Shown here piece by piece: positions 60,465 to 64,000 of a stretch of 64,000 nucleotides of DNA (position 1 is its first letter; each line of letters opens with the position of its first letter). The notes beneath the pieces are model-generated. The model was not told where the DNA came from. It saw only the letters and a list, made by a program, of their open reading frames with translations, and ran no database searches. Where the stretch lies: contig ONYA01000005.1 of the NCBI GenBank assembly GCA_900321965.1, positions 7,923-71,922 of the forward strand. Reading direction: 5' to 3'. The stretch comes from an uncultured Prevotellaceae bacterium. Its GTDB lineage: Bacteria; Bacteroidota; Bacteroidia; Bacteroidales; Bacteroidaceae. Position numbers and translations under genes: made by a program.

Positions 60465-61310
60465 ATGAAACTGGTAAAAGACCAAAAGTTCGGTGGAGAG
60501 CGTCCGCTGTTTGCCGCTCATGACTTACGGTTAGAGAACATCACCATCACCGATGGCGAATCGGGCATCAAGCAGTGTCAGCGGATGGAAGCCTACGGCT
60601 GCAAGTTCTACGGCAAATACCCATGGTGGCACGTTGACGGTGCCGTCATCGACAACTGCTATTTCGCCTTAGGCTCACGCTCTGCCATCTGGTACACCAA
60701 CGACCTGCGTATGACGAACACCCGCATTGACGCGCCGAAATTCTTCCGCGAGATGCGAAACGTCGAGTTAGAAAATGTTGAAATCACCGATGCCGACGAA
60801 ACTTTCTGGAAGGTAGACGGCCTGCGGCTTAAGAACGTGAAACTCCACGGAGGGACTTACCCGTTCATGTTTTCGCAGAACATCTATGCAGACGGTCTGG
60901 AGAGCGATTCAAAATACGTCTTCCAATACTGCAAGAACGTAGAGATTCATCATGCGAACATTCTGACGAAGGACTCTTTCTGGGAATGCGAGAATGTCAC
61001 GGTCTATGACTCCGTGCTCGATGGCGAATACTTAGCCTGGCACTCCAAGAACGTACGACTCGTCAACTGTCACTTAGCCGGTGAACAGCTGCTGTGCTAT
61101 ACGGAGAATCTGATACTCGAAAACTGCACCTTCGACGCCATGTGCGACCGCGTGTTTGAATACTCTACGGTAGAGGCCGACATCCGCGGACATATCGAGA
61201 ACATCAAGAACCCCACGTCGGGCCACATCACAGCCGACAGCATCGGCAGCATCACCATCGACGAGAACGTGCGACAGCCAAATAACTGCATGATCAAGAC
61301 AAGAGCATGA
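60465..61310 (+). CDS. DUF3737-family beta-helix protein
   Basis: FGGERPLF, GESGIK, KYPWWH and GEYLAW, with repetitive beta-helix periodicity, upstream of a PatB-like gene. Confidence 0.85.
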   Translation: MKLVKDQKFGGERPLFAAHDLRLENITITDGESGIKQCQRMEAYGCKFYGKYPWWHVDGAVIDNCYFALGSRSAIWYTNDLRMTNTRIDAPKFFREMRNVELENVEITDADETFWKVDGLRLKNVKLHGGTYPFMFSQNIYADGLESDSKYVFQYCKNVEIHHANILTKDSFWECENVTVYDSVLDGEYLAWHSKNVRLVNCHLAGEQLLCYTENLILENCTFDAMCDRVFEYSTVEADIRGHIENIKNPTSGHITADSIGSITIDENVRQPNNCMIKTRA

Positions 61311-62479
61311 AATATAACTTCGACCTACTCACCGAACGCCGTGGTACCAACAGCGTGAAATGGGATGAGAGTCCTTCGCCAGACGTTATTCCTTTATGGG
61401 TGGCCGATATGGACTTCATGGCAGCACCTGCCATTCAGGAAGCCCTGCGCCGACGCATGGAGCATGGCGTCTATGGATATACCATCGTAGGCGACGACTA
61501 CTATGACGCCATTATCAACTGGTTCCAACGCCGCCACCAATGGACCATCCACCGCGAGGAGATTCTCTATACTACAGGCGTCGTACCTGCTATGTCTGTA
61601 GCCCTCAAGGCGCTGACGATGCCCGGTGAACGGGTGCTCATCCTTTCGCCCGCCTACAACTGTTTCTTCTCCTCCATCCGCAATAACGGCTGCGAGGTCG
61701 TTGAGTCGAGTTTGTTGTTTTGTCAAAACAACATACAAGACCGCTTCGAGGTCGACTGGGCAGACTTCGAGGCGAAGTGCGCCGACGAGAAGACCACCGT
61801 CTTCCTACTCTGCAACCCCCATAATCCGACGGGACGCGTATGGACGGAAGAAGAACTGCAGCGGATGAACGACATCTGCATGCGGCACCATGTCAAGGTG
61901 GTGAGCGACGAAATCCACTGTGAGCTCATCATGCCCGGCAACCGTTTCCAACCCTTTGCTGCCGTCAGCGAGCAATGCCGCCAAAACAGCGTCATACTGA
62001 ACTCTCCGTCGAAATCGTTCAACATCGCCGGTCTGCAGATAGCCAACATCATCTGTCCGCAGCCGGAATGGCGCCGCCGCATCGACCGCGCCATCAACAT
62101 CAACGAGGTGTGCGACGTCAACCCCTTTGGTCCTGTAGCCCTTATTGCTGCCTACAACGAGAGTGAAGCATGGCTCGACGAACTCTGCACTTATCTCTGG
62201 GGTAACTATCAGGCACTCTGTGAGTTTGCAGCAGAACACCTACCCGATTGGCATATCTGCCCGTTAGAAGGGACCTATCTGCCTTGGATAGACATCACGG
62301 CCACTGGTATGACATCACAGCAATACGCCGACTACCTGCTCAACGAGGCAAAGGTGTGGGTGAATCCCGGTACGATGTACGGCCCGCAGTCAGGCGAAGG
62401 CTATATCCGCCTCAACATCGCCTGTCCCCGAAGCCGCCTATTGGAAGCACTTCAGAGAATTTCAAGACTATGGCATTGA
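61307..62479 (+). CDS. patB: PLP-dependent C-S lyase, PatB/MalY family (cystathionine beta-lyase-like)
   Basis: SVKWD, PLWVADMDF, LCNPHNPTG, SDEIH, SPSKSFNIAGL and RLNIAC. Confidence 0.9.
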   Translation: MKYNFDLLTERRGTNSVKWDESPSPDVIPLWVADMDFMAAPAIQEALRRRMEHGVYGYTIVGDDYYDAIINWFQRRHQWTIHREEILYTTGVVPAMSVALKALTMPGERVLILSPAYNCFFSSIRNNGCEVVESSLLFCQNNIQDRFEVDWADFEAKCADEKTTVFLLCNPHNPTGRVWTEEELQRMNDICMRHHVKVVSDEIHCELIMPGNRFQPFAAVSEQCRQNSVILNSPSKSFNIAGLQIANIICPQPEWRRRIDRAININEVCDVNPFGPVALIAAYNESEAWLDELCTYLWGNYQALCEFAAEHLPDWHICPLEGTYLPWIDITATGMTSQQYADYLLNEAKVWVNPGTMYGPQSGEGYIRLNIACPRSRLLEALQRISRLWH

Positions 62480-63432
62480 ACGACAAGCGACTATACACCA
62501 TCCTGTCACACGTTGCCACCTGGTCAGTGCTCTTCCTGCTGCCTATGACCTTCGGGCCGCACAATTTCCCTATTATACTCCTGCCGACAGCGCCGGTGGT
62601 TGCCATTTTCTACTTGAACTATACATGGATGGCCTCGCTCTACATGGACGGCCATAAGGCTTCGGTGTGGATGATTGACATATTCCTCGTCTTTGCCTTT
62701 GCTTTTGCCATGCACCACTGGGTCGGCACTAACAATGGCTATGTCTTCAATCTGACAGTAACCGTCATCATTGCTATCTCGACAAGAATGGCCAAGCACT
62801 GGCAAGAGTCTGAGGCAGCCCGTCTAAAGGCAGAGCAGGCACAAGTCACCGCAGAGTTAAGCAACCTGCGCTACCAGACGAATCCGCACTTCCTACTGAA
62901 CACACTGAACAACATCTATGCGCTGACCGCTTTCGACTCCCACCGTGCACAGGAAGCTATCCAAGAGCTGTCTGCCATGCTGCGACATATGCTCTACGAC
63001 AACCTTGAAGAGTTCGTCAGCATAGAGAGCGAAGTTGACTTCCTGCAGAACTATGTCAAACTGATGAAAATGCGGGTACCCGGATCAGTGGACATCACCT
63101 TTGAGACCTCGCTGGGACAGGGCGAAGCGAAGATAGCCCCACTTCTGCTCATACCATTAGTAGAAAATGCCTTCAAACATGGTATCAGTATGAACAAGCC
63201 CAGCTTCGTACATATCCGCTTAGAAGCCGACAGCCAACATATCGACTTCTTGATAGAAAATTCCAACTATCAGAAAAACGACGACGACCATAGCGGTCAC
63301 GGCATCGGACTGACACAAGTACAACGACGTCTGGAATTAGCCTATCCCGGCCATTACACTTGGCACTATGGACCAGCTGACGCCAACAAAATCTATCAAT
63401 CACATATCACCATCACTCCACTAAACACCTAA
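62470..63432 (+). CDS. LytS/YehU-type sensor histidine kinase
   Basis: N-terminal TM helices, QTNPHFLLNTLNNI, LVENAFKHG and GIGL. Start moved to ATG 62470 to avoid a long overlap. Confidence 0.9.
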   Translation: MALNDKRLYTILSHVATWSVLFLLPMTFGPHNFPIILLPTAPVVAIFYLNYTWMASLYMDGHKASVWMIDIFLVFAFAFAMHHWVGTNNGYVFNLTVTVIIAISTRMAKHWQESEAARLKAEQAQVTAELSNLRYQTNPHFLLNTLNNIYALTAFDSHRAQEAIQELSAMLRHMLYDNLEEFVSIESEVDFLQNYVKLMKMRVPGSVDITFETSLGQGEAKIAPLLLIPLVENAFKHGISMNKPSFVHIRLEADSQHIDFLIENSNYQKNDDDHSGHGIGLTQVQRRLELAYPGHYTWHYGPADANKIYQSHITITPLNT

Positions 63433-63437
63433 CGCCC

Positions 63438-64000
63438 ATGACACTTAACTGCGCAATCATCGACGATGAACCCCTGGCTGCACAACTTTTAGCAAGCTAT
63501 GTCAAGGACATCCCATTCCTCTTCCTGACAGGCACTTACAACAGCGCGTTAACGGCTATGGCCGACCTGCGCCGGAAACCTGTCGACCTGTTGTTCCTCG
63601 ACATCCAGATGCCTGAGCTGTCGGGACTGGAACTGAGCAAACTCATTCCTAACCAGACACGCATCGTCTTCACCACAGCCTTCAAGGAGTACGCCATCGA
63701 AGGCTACAAGGTCTCGGCCTTCGACTACCTGCTCAAGCCCATCAGCTTCGACAAATTCTTAGAGACGTCTAACAAAGCCCTGAAATGGTTCGAGATGCAA
63801 CAGCACCTGAATAGTATCGACAAACAGCGCTTCATCTTCGTCAAGAGCGACTACCGCCTTGTGCGCGTCATACTCGACGACATCCTCTACATCGAGGGGC
63901 TGAAGGATTACGTCCGTATCATATTGGCCAATGGCGAACGCATCACATCGCTTATCAATATGAAGCGCTTGGAAGAACTGCTGCCCTACCCCGAATTCAT
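63438..64000 (+). CDS. LytTR-family response regulator (3'-truncated by window edge)
   Basis: Translated by eye as MTLNCAIIDDEPLA..LFLDIQMPELSG..FTTAF..DYLLKP..YIEGLKDYV. Confidence 0.92.
   Translation, partial: MTLNCAIIDDEPLAAQLLASYVKDIPFLFLTGTYNSALTAMADLRRKPVDLLFLDIQMPELSGLELSKLIPNQTRIVFTTAFKEYAIEGYKVSAFDYLLKPISFDKFLETSNKALKWFEMQQHLNSIDKQRFIFVKSDYRLVRVILDDILYIEGLKDYVRIILANGERITSLINMKRLEELLPYPEF

Noticed and set aside
62248-62469. Long N-terminal extension of the histidine kinase given by the ORF track
   Set aside because: It overlaps patB by over 200 bp, and ATG 62470 gives a normal TM-first kinase.
60465-62479. DUF3737-PatB pair as a novel system
   Set aside because: This is a gene pair I recognise as common in anaerobes, and nothing unusual is visible here.

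Overview
The window looks like chromosomal DNA from a Bacteroidota genome, Prevotella-like by inference from SusC/SusD pairs and TAnnTTTG promoters. In order it holds: the 3' part of purL; a short-chain chromate transporter pair; a ~21-kb minus-strand locus with two SusC/SusD pairs, three fasciclin-type lipoproteins and a repeat-module secreted protein; a starch/maltodextrin utilisation locus (GH13, pullulanase, GH97, GH77, MFS, LacI, SusC/D/E/F-like); a glycosyltransferase and envelope cluster; miaB, YitT, DUF3737, PatB/MalY and a LytS/LytTR pair. The most striking signal is an HUH Y1 REP-associated-transposase-like gene (26671-27960) with a probable DprA/Smf-like C-terminal domain, sitting inside the starch operon. 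Seven copies of a 30-bp hairpin element surround it (consensus TGTTGGCTGT-GCTGCGGC-GGT-GCCGCAGC-C). The consensus has no stop codon in any frame, all seven copies lie in-frame inside coding sequences (GH13, pullulanase, GH97 and the transposase itself), and two copies carry compensatory stem substitutions. Several unrelated short-repeat families also occur in genes or gene junctions: CCCCTCC/GGAGGGG hairpin doublets, 7/8/9-mer tandems and a 21-bp repeat. Product calls come from recognising motifs by eye, with no database searches run.
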